From IMG/VR virus record IMGVR_UViG_2061766007_000491: DNA of 54,388 nt. The stretch is one strand, 5' to 3'. The position numbers were made by a program, and so were the translations under genes. The notes beneath the pieces were generated by a model that was given only the letters and a program-made list of their open reading frames with translations, was not told the DNA's origin and did no database searches. This DNA comes from an uncultured virus (IMG/VR IMGVR_UViG_2061766007_000491). Taxonomy: Duplodnaviria > Heunggongvirae > Uroviricota > Caudoviricetes. Below are positions 19,201 to 28,833 of the stretch, piece after piece (the stretch's first letter is position 1; every line of letters begins with the position of its first letter).

Positions 19201-21237
19201 ATGGCTAAGAATAAGAATGATTACAGTTCAATGTGTCGCCTGAGCAATCCAAAGATGGCTACAGGCATATTGCCACTTGATATTATTACGAACGGTGGAA
19301 TCGTGAGGGGCGATATTGTAGCCCTCACCGCAGCCGAAGGTGTGGGCAAGTGTCTCACCAAAGATAATATCATCTACACGGCAGAAGGTTTACGCAGACT
19401 GGCAGATTTGGTGGAAGTGCCTGGTCTGGCTGGTGAAGGAACCAGTATAGTGGCTGAGGTACGTTTACAAGTGTTAGGTCAGGTACATTACAGTAAGAAG
19501 CTGTACCATAGAGGCGTGAGTCCTGTTTATAAGCTGACAACGAAGTGGGGTCATACGATCACGGCTACACCTGAGCATAAGGTTCGTATGGCAAGCGGAG
19601 AATGGAAGGATGTTTCCGACATAAATGTCGGGGAGAAGGTCGAGCTTAACTACGAGGAACATGGTGCAGAGGTACAGAGACCTTTAACGTATCCGATATG
19701 CGCAGAAGTAAGTGATGATGTGCGTCAGGAGATCGGTGGGCGTGAGTGTTGGGTGATGGGTTATCTGTATAGCCACACAGCACTATGCGCTGGGAATTTC
19801 GGTACAGGTAAGTTTTATGCCTATGTTGATATGATGGATATTTCAGAGCGTGAGGATAAGATAGCTCTGGTGGACACTCTTCAAAGCCTGGGTGCTGATG
19901 TCGTGTTGACAGGCGAAAGCATTATCAAGTTCGCATACGATCAAAAGAGCTTCATGGGCGCAGCGTTTAACCGATGGGAAAAGAAGTCTGCGAGAATACC
20001 TTGGTTTGTCTGGAAAAACAGTTATGAGAACCAAGTCCAGTTCGTTCTAGGTTACATGGCGAAGTCGGACGTAAAAGAGTGTTTCTCTGATGGTGCAGTG
20101 CGTTTCCATAGTTATGAAGCAGCACGTTTCGCAAAAAACGTGTTCCAGTTGAACAAGAGTAATTATAAGATATACTGCGATTGTGGTTCATGGTATGTAG
20201 GCGAACTTGATTTTAATGGCGAGGGCGAGGACACAGTGGTCAGTGTTGAATACGCTGGCATGGAAGAGGTGTTCGACATCCAAGACAGTGATTGCAGTTG
20301 CTTTATCGCTGAGGGTATCGTGGTTCATAATAGTACAACCATGATGCAGTTGGTAAAGAACAGGATTGCACAGGAACAGAATGTGGCTTTTCTGGACGTG
20401 GAAACAGGGTTCACTGAGGATATTCTGCGAGACAGTTATCATGTGTTGGAATACCATAGCTGTGAGATTGGCCAGAATAAGCTGTTTATGGTATCACCGA
20501 CTACTTGGGCAGAGGTAGATGAACTGTTTACCAAGATATTGGAATCGGACTATTACAGCGATATTATCATTGACTCGATCAGTAGTATTATCAGCAGTGG
20601 GTTAGGCATTAAGAACATTGAACAGGGTGCTGCCATTGGTGAGGATGCGAGGATGCAGAGCTTATTCCTGAGAAAGTATAAGCCATTGTTACGAGCAAAG
20701 GGTGTGACGCTCTGGTGTGTCAATCAGGTTCGTGCGAACATTAGCAATACAGGATTCAGCGGGTTCGGTGCGCCGTTGACAAAGCCGTCTGGCGGTAAGG
20801 CGTTAAAGCACATGGCTGATATTTTGCTAACGATGACAGCAGGTGAGCCTATTACGAGACGAGGTATCAATACTATCAATCAGGACGATAAGGCTGTTAT
20901 TATTGGCAATAAAGCATGGTTGAAAGCGGATAAGAACCGCAGAGCAATGCCTAAGATTAAGGTGATGATAGCTATTCTGTTCGGTCTGGGCGTGAGCAAT
21001 CAGATGAGCCTTTTTGATATATTATTGAAAAGTTCGTACTTGACACAGAGCAGTCCTGGGCGTTATGTTCTGAACGGCTTTGATGACCAAAAGCTGCAAG
21101 GACAGGAAAAGGTCTTTGCGTACATCCGAGACAACTATGCAGAGTTATTGCCCTGGTGTGAAAAGCAGGGTATCTTGAACCTGATTCAAGAGGGGATTCA
21201 GGTTGACGATGAAATAGAGTCTGTGGATGCAGAATAA
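19201..21237 (+). CDS. RecA/UvsX-like recombinase containing an intein
   Basis: TGILPLDIITNGGI, Walker A AEGVGK/S, FLDVE, IIIDS, VNQVR, PSGGKALKH. Confidence 0.9.
   Translation: MAKNKNDYSSMCRLSNPKMATGILPLDIITNGGIVRGDIVALTAAEGVGKCLTKDNIIYTAEGLRRLADLVEVPGLAGEGTSIVAEVRLQVLGQVHYSKKLYHRGVSPVYKLTTKWGHTITATPEHKVRMASGEWKDVSDINVGEKVELNYEEHGAEVQRPLTYPICAEVSDDVRQEIGGRECWVMGYLYSHTALCAGNFGTGKFYAYVDMMDISEREDKIALVDTLQSLGADVVLTGESIIKFAYDQKSFMGAAFNRWEKKSARIPWFVWKNSYENQVQFVLGYMAKSDVKECFSDGAVRFHSYEAARFAKNVFQLNKSNYKIYCDCGSWYVGELDFNGEGEDTVVSVEYAGMEEVFDIQDSDCSCFIAEGIVVHNSTTMMQLVKNRIAQEQNVAFLDVETGFTEDILRDSYHVLEYHSCEIGQNKLFMVSPTTWAEVDELFTKILESDYYSDIIIDSISSIISSGLGIKNIEQGAAIGEDARMQSLFLRKYKPLLRAKGVTLWCVNQVRANISNTGFSGFGAPLTKPSGGKALKHMADILLTMTAGEPITRRGINTINQDDKAVIIGNKAWLKADKNRRAMPKIKVMIAILFGLGVSNQMSLFDILLKSSYLTQSSPGRYVLNGFDDQKLQGQEKVFAYIRDNYAELLPWCEKQGILNLIQEGIQVDDEIESVDAE
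19351..20331 (+). mobile_element. Intein (327 aa) in the Walker A motif of the recombinase
   Basis: Starts CLTKD, block B ATPEH, ends FIAEGIVVHN followed by Ser; central degenerate LAGLIDADG-like helices. Confidence 0.9.
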
Positions 21238-21255
21238 GTGTGTTTGAGGTGTGGG

Positions 21256-22515
21256 ATGAAGGTAAAGATTCATAATTTCCAATCCATTGCAGATGCCGAA
21301 TTGACGTTTGACAAGGGTTTAATAGCGATCACTGGCCCGAATAGCTCTGGGAAGAGTGCAATTTTCAGAGCGTTAAGGTCAGTGATACAGAACCCTTCGA
21401 CTGCCAAGCATTCTGTGAAAAAAGGTACAAAGCGAGCCGAGGTTACTGTTTCTGGACTCGATAATGCACCTGATGTTACTTGGGCAAGAACCTCACTGGA
21501 AAGCAGTTATAAGACAGCAGAAGGTGAGTTTCAACGGGCAGGTCGCAATAACGTCTATGACTTTTTACCTTCATTCCCGCTTAAAATGGACGGAGCGAGG
21601 ATGTTGAACTTTCAGACGGAATGGGATACGCTGTTTCCGTTCGAGAAGAGCAATACCGAGCTATACACTTTATTTGAACGTATATTCAGTGTAGTGGATA
21701 GTGCTTCTATCGTGAATGTGATGAAGCAAGACGAGAAGGAAGCGAAAGCAAAGCTGAACAATACGATTGATGAATTGAACAAGCTGTCTCAACGAGAACA
21801 ACTGAGAAAGGATATTTTTACCGATGACCAGAATGAGGCTATGGTGCTGAACCTGGTTAAAAAGGTAGAGGAGACAGAGACTTTAGCCAGTGCAGCGAAA
21901 GAAGCGTTTGGTGCGCTAAGTACATGGTCTAGTTTGTTAGAATTAGCTAAGAAGGTTACAGACATAACCGTTTCAGACACCGACATAACAACCGTGAAAC
22001 AAGCGTTAGACCTTCGTAAAGACTATGATACGGTCTGTGAGCTTTCAAAGTTACTGGCTTTATCAAACATTTCCCCTATAGAGTGCTTCATAGGGGGTAT
22101 TGAAGAATACTTCGCAATAGCGAGGGACTTGGAGGATTTGGAAACTATGACTAGAATCGTCAATAGCTTTTCTCTTGATACACCACTATTTGACGATGGT
22201 TCACTAGATGTAGTTTCACGGGCATTAGCGATGCGTGCTGATTACCTAAACTTAACTAAACTTGAATCACTTACAACTGAAGCACAAGGGGTTCAAGATA
22301 TAAATTCTTCTCTTACTGCGCTGGATGAGTTATCTAGCGTCTTGCCAAAAATCACACAACTCAAAGATGCCCTCACTTTATACGAAGAACTAAAGAAGAA
22401 AGAAGCAGAACTCGCTGAATTGGAGAAGGATTTAGCAGTGGTGAATGCTGAATTAAATAAAATAAATGTGTGTCCGTTATGCGGTACACCAATAGGAGAC
22501 CATAAACATGAATAA
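21256..22515 (+). CDS. SbcC/Rad50-like ATPase, N-terminal part
   Basis: IHNFQSI, Walker A GPNSSGKS, Q-loop, coiled coil ending in zinc hook CPLCG. Confidence 0.85.
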   Translation: MKVKIHNFQSIADAELTFDKGLIAITGPNSSGKSAIFRALRSVIQNPSTAKHSVKKGTKRAEVTVSGLDNAPDVTWARTSLESSYKTAEGEFQRAGRNNVYDFLPSFPLKMDGARMLNFQTEWDTLFPFEKSNTELYTLFERIFSVVDSASIVNVMKQDEKEAKAKLNNTIDELNKLSQREQLRKDIFTDDQNEAMVLNLVKKVEETETLASAAKEAFGALSTWSSLLELAKKVTDITVSDTDITTVKQALDLRKDYDTVCELSKLLALSNISPIECFIGGIEEYFAIARDLEDLETMTRIVNSFSLDTPLFDDGSLDVVSRALAMRADYLNLTKLESLTTEAQGVQDINSSLTALDELSSVLPKITQLKDALTLYEELKKKEAELAELEKDLAVVNAELNKINVCPLCGTPIGDHKHE

Positions 22516-22795
22516 TGAATTAAGTGTAGAAAGATACCAGAACTTGCTGAAACGTAAGGCGAGTCTGGAAGCGCAGATAAGCTCTGTCCATGCTGACCAG
22601 AGAATGCTCGATCAGAAAATAACCGAGACCTTCCAGAAGTGGCAGGTCAATTCTGTGGAAGAGGCCAGAGTGAAAAAAGAGGAACTGGAAACATTGGCTA
22701 TAAATACGATGAATAATGCCGATCAAATACTGGACAAAGCACAGACAGCGGTGAATAGCTATCTGAACGAAAAAGCACGGGCGAATATATTATGA
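22508..22795 (+). CDS. Coiled-coil protein, probable middle piece of the split SbcC
   Basis: Heptad pattern; overlaps both SbcC halves. Confidence 0.6.
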   Translation: MNNELSVERYQNLLKRKASLEAQISSVHADQRMLDQKITETFQKWQVNSVEEARVKKEELETLAINTMNNADQILDKAQTAVNSYLNEKARANIL

Positions 22796-23412
22796 CGGAG
22801 GAGTTTCGTCTAAAAGCTGATAAGTTGCGCTGGGAACTCCGTAAGATGCGAGAGGAACAGGCATCCGACTTATTGAAGATTGAAGAGGATAGAAAGAGCA
22901 AAGCGTCTCTGGAAGCCCAGATCAATCTTATCAATGATGGTCTGACCTATCTGCGGAAAGCGGTGGATGCCGTATATGAGGCGAGCCGAGGCTATCTGGA
23001 AAAGACATTGAACATGGCTTTGCGTTATGTGTTTAATGACCGTGACTATTCAATCAGGGTTGAGATAGACGATAAGAGAGGTAAGAGTCTGTCTTTTGTA
23101 CTGGTGGACGGGAATCAGACACCGCCTTTGGAAGTGGATTTGAAAGAGGGCTGTGGTGCAGGTGTGCGAACGGTAGTGTCGTTTGTATTACAGTTTTTTT
23201 ATATTACACAGATCAAAGCAGCACCGTACCTGTTTATTGACGAGGGCTATCACAATGTGAGTGCGACCTATAGGGGACGGTTTTTTGGTTTTATCAAACA
23301 GCTAGTGCAGAAGTGGTCGGGAGCCGTGATTATAATAAGCCACGACCCTGACATACTGAGTGTAGCGGATAAGACCTATGTGGTTGCTGATGGTGTAGTG
23401 ACACAGAAGTAG
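22792..23412 (+). CDS. SbcC/Rad50-like ATPase, C-terminal part
   Basis: Signature-like CGAG, Walker B LFIDE, H-loop IISH. Confidence 0.85.
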   Translation: MTEEFRLKADKLRWELRKMREEQASDLLKIEEDRKSKASLEAQINLINDGLTYLRKAVDAVYEASRGYLEKTLNMALRYVFNDRDYSIRVEIDDKRGKSLSFVLVDGNQTPPLEVDLKEGCGAGVRTVVSFVLQFFYITQIKAAPYLFIDEGYHNVSATYRGRFFGFIKQLVQKWSGAVIIISHDPDILSVADKTYVVADGVVTQK

Positions 23413-23418
23413 AGCTAT

Positions 23419-23673
23419 ATGTTGAAGGTACGCACACTGGAATTAAAGAATCGGCAGTTTAAGATTGTAGTGAACTCGGTGGACATGACGGATAAGACCG
23501 TTACGGTTACACCGTATGTAGTGGACATATTGAGGATGGTCGAGGTGGGTCAGACACGGAAGGTAACACTGGAAGAGACGTATCAAAGTGCGCCTGAGAA
23601 GTGGGATGTTGTGCTGGAACCCTTGATTGAGGAGGCGATAGAGGATGTCAGAAACTATTGTAACAAACTGTAA
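23419..23673 (+). CDS. Hypothetical protein
   Basis: 84 aa ORF. Confidence 0.6.
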   Translation: MLKVRTLELKNRQFKIVVNSVDMTDKTVTVTPYVVDILRMVEVGQTRKVTLEETYQSAPEKWDVVLEPLIEEAIEDVRNYCNKL

Positions 23674-24148
23674 ATGGTCAGCGATATTTGCGTCTGATCG
23701 GAACTTCTGCATTGGTGTGGATGGGCATATACCTTGGTACGATGCAGAGGACTTGCAGTTTTTTAAGCGGACGACACTAGGTTCGACTGTGGTGATGGGA
23801 CGTAAGACCTGGGAGAGCTTAGGCTGTAAACCATTGCCAAAGCGTGAGAATGTGGTGTTGAGCCGAACCTTGAGAGGTGTGCCTTCTGGGGTGTACTTAG
23901 TTAGTGACGTAAAGACGCTGCCATACCTATGTGATGAGCGCATAGGTAAGAGGGTGTTTGTGATCGGTGGCAGTGCAGTCTATGAGAAATTATTGGACTA
24001 TTGTACCAAAATTTATCACACACTGTACGATTTTCAGGTGGCGAATCCAGAAGTGTATTTCCCTGAGCAAAAGCTGAGGGATTTTAAGATTATAGATAAT
24101 GTTGAAGTGAGTGAAGGTAAGAGGAGATTGATATATGAACGATTTTAG
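23645..24148 (+). CDS. folA: Dihydrofolate reductase
   Basis: IGxDGHIPW, DLQFFK, VVMGRKTWES, PLPKRENVVLS, VIGG. Confidence 0.95.
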   Translation: MSETIVTNCKWSAIFASDRNFCIGVDGHIPWYDAEDLQFFKRTTLGSTVVMGRKTWESLGCKPLPKRENVVLSRTLRGVPSGVYLVSDVKTLPYLCDERIGKRVFVIGGSAVYEKLLDYCTKIYHTLYDFQVANPEVYFPEQKLRDFKIIDNVEVSEGKRRLIYERF

Positions 24149-24200
24149 TACAACTCCTTCGGATTTGAATGAGGTTACGTAGCTAAGGCAAGAGCATGAG

Positions 24201-24548
24201 GTGTTAGAGTCCTTTATGGAATACCATAAAGAGGAGTGGAAAGGCGGTAGAACGCTGTATGTGCCTTTGTATGGTAAAGTCAGCAAGGGGATATATACAT
24301 ACATGAGGGCTGCTTGGTTTGATTATGGCTTTGTGGGGTTTATCTCAAACGATGGTAAAGAGGATGAACTGAGACAGAACGCCATTGAAAACTTAGCCTC
24401 TATCGTGATTACGGTAGTGGAAGATGGTGAGGATATGAAAAAGCTGATGCTGGAATGTGCGAATGCAGGTGTACCGTATGTGATATTCTGCTGGATAGAC
24501 GGAGTGTTCAGAGTGTACCTGCAAAGCCCTAGTCTTGGGGCAGCGTAG
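24201..24548 (+). CDS. Hypothetical protein
   Basis: ORF; start uncertain. Confidence 0.55.
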   Translation: MLESFMEYHKEEWKGGRTLYVPLYGKVSKGIYTYMRAAWFDYGFVGFISNDGKEDELRQNAIENLASIVITVVEDGEDMKKLMLECANAGVPYVIFCWIDGVFRVYLQSPSLGAA

Positions 24549-24552
24549 GATG

Positions 24553-24580
24553 TTGACAGCCTGATATATTCTGCTATACT
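24553..24580 (+). promoter_or_regulatory. Sigma70-like promoter with extended -10
   Basis: TTGACA-N16-TATACT with TG just upstream of the -10. Confidence 0.55.
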
Positions 24581-24616
24581 TGTACTTGTGAACCCTGAGT
24601 GGGTTGGAGGAAGAAT

Positions 24617-24814
24617 ATGGAAGAGATATTGAACAGGCTGAAACATATTGAGATCAAGCAAGACGAGACTTTACGGAATTGCAGGATTCTCATTGAGGCG
24701 ATTGAATTTTCACATAATAATCCTGATAAGACTTTTGATTCTGAGGTTTATTATGAGAAAATGTCCCGAAGTGTGATGTTGGACAAAGATAGAATTAAAT
24801 ATCACCGTAAATAG
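24617..24814 (+). CDS. Hypothetical protein
   Basis: ATG after GGAGG inside ORF 24599-24814. Confidence 0.55.
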   Translation: MEEILNRLKHIEIKQDETLRNCRILIEAIEFSHNNPDKTFDSEVYYEKMSRSVMLDKDRIKYHRK

Positions 24815-24892
24815 GTGGTATAAAACTTGTTATTCATATTACGATGCGGTTAAGGCAGGGACACTCTAAAAGAGACTCTGCCTTTTTGTTTT

Positions 24893-25768
24893 ATGGCAAA
24901 GATAGACGAGATATATTTAGATAACTTATGCACCATATTGGAAAAGGGTGTGGAGAAAAAGGATAGAACGGGGACAGGCACGGTAAGCTATCCGTTTGTG
25001 ACGATCAGGCATGATATGGCAGACGGTTTTCCGTTGCTGACACTGAGACGTATGCCGTTTAAGGGTGCATTGGTGGAGCTAGAAGGGTTCTTGAAGGGTA
25101 TAACGAGCAAGGCATGGTATCAGGAGAAGGGTTGTCACTTCTGGGACGAATGGGCGAGTCCTGATGCGGTGCAACAGTGGGAGAAAGAGAACCATCCTAT
25201 TAAGGACGATGCAGAGCGGAAAGCGGTGATGAAGAGCCTGAACGAGCTTGGCCCTGTGTATGGGAGTCAGTGGAACTACTTTTCGGGTGGGCTGACGGAT
25301 AGAGCTTGCCAGTTACAAGAGGTACGAAGGCTGTTAAAGACTGACCCGACCTCACGCAGAATGGTTGTGACGGCATGGAACCCCGATTTTAATGGGAGTA
25401 TGGCATTACCTCCGTGTCACTTGCTATGGCAGGTGAATGTGACGGGTAACAAACTGAATCTTGTTTACTATCAGCGGAGTTGTGATTATATATTGGGGCA
25501 TAACTTAACAGGGTATGGTATGCTATTGACGTTGTTAGCGAAGGAATATGGGTATCAGCCAGGTGTGTTGGGGGCGGTGTTTATGGATTGTCATGTGTAC
25601 CGTAACCACCTGAATGGTGTGAAGTTGCTACTGCATAGAGATATAGACAGACCTGCACCGAGGATTAGGTTTAAGAATTGGGATGGTTTTGATAAGTGGA
25701 GTGCAGCCGATGTGGTGGTTGAAAACTATAACCCAGGGGATAAGATAGAATTTCCTGTGAGCGTATGA
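24893..25768 (+). CDS. thyA: Thymidylate synthase
   Basis: DRTGTGT, GFPLLT, LGPVYGSQW, SRR, MALPPCH, QRSCD, HVY. Confidence 0.97.
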   Translation: MAKIDEIYLDNLCTILEKGVEKKDRTGTGTVSYPFVTIRHDMADGFPLLTLRRMPFKGALVELEGFLKGITSKAWYQEKGCHFWDEWASPDAVQQWEKENHPIKDDAERKAVMKSLNELGPVYGSQWNYFSGGLTDRACQLQEVRRLLKTDPTSRRMVVTAWNPDFNGSMALPPCHLLWQVNVTGNKLNLVYYQRSCDYILGHNLTGYGMLLTLLAKEYGYQPGVLGAVFMDCHVYRNHLNGVKLLLHRDIDRPAPRIRFKNWDGFDKWSAADVVVENYNPGDKIEFPVSV

Positions 25769-26403
25769 AGCTAGTAGTTTTAACAGTAGGCGAGCCTGAA
25801 CTGGATAGGCTTATATATACAACGGCATCCGAGTGTATGGAGTGCAAGGTGGGTATTGTGCTTGTAGTGGATGCGGATAAGGAAGTGGATTATCACCATT
25901 TTAAGGTGATGCAGACGTTATATCCGAGCATAGAAGTGGTGACACACCCGATGAGTAAGAATTTCTCACAGCAACGGAACTGGATAATGAACAAGCTGAT
26001 GGGTGAGTGGGTCGTGTTTATAGATGCGGATGAATACGTCAATCCAGGGTTCTGGCGTGTACTGACGACCAAGGAAGCGAGCGGTGATCTGAATCCCAAG
26101 CTGGCTTATTACTTACCGAGGCATAACCAAGTGTGGGAGAATGAGCCTGTGCCACTGGAAAAGGATTATCGGTTTTCTGATTTTGACCCGATCAAGTGCG
26201 ATCAACAGCCGAGGGTGATATATACGGCAAGTGGGTACTATTTTAGGAAAGCTGTGCATAATTGCTTATGTGATGAGAAAGGAGCGCATTATCCGCACCG
26301 ATTATTGACTGAGCCTGAGTTAGTTATCTATCACAATAAATGTGAGGGCAGACGGCAGAGTCATAACTATCGGTATTGGGAGACAGAAAAAAATGAAAAA
26401 TAA
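25765..26403 (+). CDS. Glycosyltransferase family 2-like
   Basis: NFSQQRN and WVVFIDADE. Confidence 0.8.
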   Translation: MKLVVLTVGEPELDRLIYTTASECMECKVGIVLVVDADKEVDYHHFKVMQTLYPSIEVVTHPMSKNFSQQRNWIMNKLMGEWVVFIDADEYVNPGFWRVLTTKEASGDLNPKLAYYLPRHNQVWENEPVPLEKDYRFSDFDPIKCDQQPRVIYTASGYYFRKAVHNCLCDEKGAHYPHRLLTEPELVIYHNKCEGRRQSHNYRYWETEKNEK

Positions 26404-26404
26404 A

Positions 26405-26443
26405 TGTAGAAAAAAGGGTGTCTCAACGGTATATATTAGAGAG
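26405..26443 (+). promoter_or_regulatory. Recurrent phage promoter motif, copy 4
   Basis: TGTAGAAAAAAGGGTGTCTCAACGGTATATATTAGAG; overlaps a predicted ORF. Confidence 0.5.
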
Positions 26444-26627
26444 AGGGACGCTGAATTACAGCGTGACCTGATTGAATTTGAGATTGCGGATAAGATTGCA
26501 GGTCTGGCACGGTTATTAGACATTAGCGTACCTGAATTGCGTGAGCTAGTGCCAGTGGAAGATGATTTTGACCTGTTACATGAAATGTTCCGCATGGCGA
26601 TTGAGTATAGAGAAAAGAGGAAGCGAC

Positions 26628-27533
26628 ATGAAGTTAGTGGTGATAGGAGACGTGCATCTAAGCGAGACCACGCCTAGAAGCTGGTGTGCGGATTATGCAC
26701 AAGTCACGTTAGACGACTTTATCAAGGCAGTGGAAATGGGTGATGTAGCCCTTGTGCTGGGCGATATGCTCAACACACCTGTAGTGAGCGAGAGCTATAA
26801 GGTGGCGATTGCGGATAGACTGAAAGCGACTGGCAGAGCGGTTTACACAATCTGGGGCAACCATGATATAGATGGTCTGAACATGAGTGCAACACACCGA
26901 ACAAGTCTGAACCTGCTGGGGTCGTTTGGTGTGTTGAATGTGTTGCCGATGGGTTGGTATAAAATGGAAGGGGTTGACATGATGGTGTTACCCCTGATGA
27001 AAAACGTACAAGTACCGACATACACAGGCACGAATGATTCAATCATGGTAGGTCACTTATTTTTTGAGAGCAGTCTGGATAAGGACTTTTCACTGACAAA
27101 GGAACAGGTGTTCAATAGTGGGTTCAATTATGTGTTCTTAGGACATGACCATGAGCCGTATAAGGACATATCCAGTGACAAGACAAGACTGGTACGGTTA
27201 GGCAGTCTGTGTCGCAATACGAGTCACGAATACAATCTACAACGTGTGCCAGAGGTTGCTGTGCTGGAATTAAAAGATGGTAAGATACTGAGCTATGAAC
27301 GGAAGCAGATACCCACTTTGAAAGGGATGCAGATATTTCGGGCAGACGTGTTTGATAAGCCAGTTAAGAATCGGTTAAGCAGTTTGATGGATATTGGTGA
27401 TATTTTACAGATGTTTGAGACGGATAACAAGGAAGGGTTGACCGTGCGCAAGGCATTGAATGACATGGCAGCACCGAAGGAAGTGATTGAATACATTGAA
27501 TCGTGCTACGAACGAGTAGGTGCAAGGTTATAA
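26628..27533 (+). CDS. SbcD/Mre11-like metallophosphoesterase nuclease
   Basis: GDVH, LGD, GNHD, LGHDH, GSL; start MKLVVIG after AGAGG. Confidence 0.9.
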   Translation: MKLVVIGDVHLSETTPRSWCADYAQVTLDDFIKAVEMGDVALVLGDMLNTPVVSESYKVAIADRLKATGRAVYTIWGNHDIDGLNMSATHRTSLNLLGSFGVLNVLPMGWYKMEGVDMMVLPLMKNVQVPTYTGTNDSIMVGHLFFESSLDKDFSLTKEQVFNSGFNYVFLGHDHEPYKDISSDKTRLVRLGSLCRNTSHEYNLQRVPEVAVLELKDGKILSYERKQIPTLKGMQIFRADVFDKPVKNRLSSLMDIGDILQMFETDNKEGLTVRKALNDMAAPKEVIEYIESCYERVGARL

Positions 27534-27666
27534 TGGATTTAATAAAGGCAATACTGATTGTATTAGCTACATTTATATTGTGGGCAGTGAACTATCTGCT
27601 GTGGTTATTGCCGAGACTGATATTATTAGTGGTGTGTTTGAAGATAATTAAACAGATGTTTTTGTT

Positions 27667-28833
27667 ATGAGTGAATACGAAGAAGTGAAACCTATTACAG
27701 AGGAAGAGGTTGCAGAGGTGAACACAATAGTGTCCGATGGTTTTAACTATGACGCATTGGAGATACCTCATTGGTTGTTTGAGAGAGCTATTCTCTTGAA
27801 CAGTATGCAGTTATTGGCGATTGCCGTGAAGGAAGGAAGCGATCAAGTGTCCAGTTTGGTTGAGTTAAAGCCTATAGCTGGAACGCCAGCGGTAGAGTTG
27901 ACAGCAAACACAGGCGACATCCTGGTGCGCAGTGTGGTTCCGATACTGAATGAAGCGCATATCTTGGAAGGATGCTATCATGTGGACTTCAAGACTTTGT
28001 TTGGTCTGGTCAAGAATGGGGGCAATAAGCTGGTATTAAAAGCGGTGAACGATGCACCAGTAGTGATGACTCTGGGCGGTGAAGCCGAATTAGATCAGTT
28101 TACCGTAGCAGATGAGGTGTTCAACCAGCCTGTATTAGACACACAAGGGGGTTTTTCGGGTTCGTATGAGAGTGTGGACTTCCTGAATGTGTTGTCACGG
28201 GTAAGTGCTTCAATGGCACTAGCACAGACGGTAGAGTCTAAGAAGGTCAAGATTGATGCGGAAGGAACAGCGTATTGTAATTTTATATCGAGTTTGTTTC
28301 GAGCAGTGGGAAGTCCTGTGAAGGGTATCTCATTGAGAGCGATTGATGTGCAGATACTACAGAAGCTATTGACACCGAACCCGACTTTCTTGTTTAAGGA
28401 ACTGGAAGAGGGTTATCTTTTCAAGACCGAGCGTGAATGTGTAGTATTGAGGAAGTGGAAAGCTGAAAACGCAGAGGGCATTCAAGATTACTTTATCCAA
28501 GCTGAGAATTGGTTTAACCTCGACCCGAACTATACGTCTAAGATCGTGGGCTTGATGAAGGATAGACTTGGTTCTATGGGCGTGATGCGCATGAAAACAG
28601 AGAACACGAAGCTCATTTTCACAGCTAAGACACGCAACAGCAAGCAGTTACAATTCCCTGTAACGAATATACTGCCACCTGGGATTGAGTTTAACATACT
28701 TTGTCCAGTGCAGGTGGTTTCAGCGATGTTGTCACTGTTTAAGGATGAAGCAGTGATGAAGGTATCTGTAAAGGAAAACAAAGTACAGTTTAGCACCGAT
28801 AAGATTGAAGTGGTGTTCGGTAGCTGTATGTAA
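27667..28833 (+). CDS. Hypothetical protein, possibly a divergent sliding clamp
   Basis: 388 aa with a repeating helix/strand pattern and clamp-like segments (VELTANTGD, VDFKTLFGLVK); weak. Confidence 0.4.
   Translation: MSEYEEVKPITEEEVAEVNTIVSDGFNYDALEIPHWLFERAILLNSMQLLAIAVKEGSDQVSSLVELKPIAGTPAVELTANTGDILVRSVVPILNEAHILEGCYHVDFKTLFGLVKNGGNKLVLKAVNDAPVVMTLGGEAELDQFTVADEVFNQPVLDTQGGFSGSYESVDFLNVLSRVSASMALAQTVESKKVKIDAEGTAYCNFISSLFRAVGSPVKGISLRAIDVQILQKLLTPNPTFLFKELEEGYLFKTERECVVLRKWKAENAEGIQDYFIQAENWFNLDPNYTSKIVGLMKDRLGSMGVMRMKTENTKLIFTAKTRNSKQLQFPVTNILPPGIEFNILCPVQVVSAMLSLFKDEAVMKVSVKENKVQFSTDKIEVVFGSCM

Noticed and set aside
21900..22420. C/T-richer stretch in the SbcC coiled coil as a foreign insertion
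   Set aside because: The frame is intact, no boundaries are visible and I cannot quantify the shift by eye
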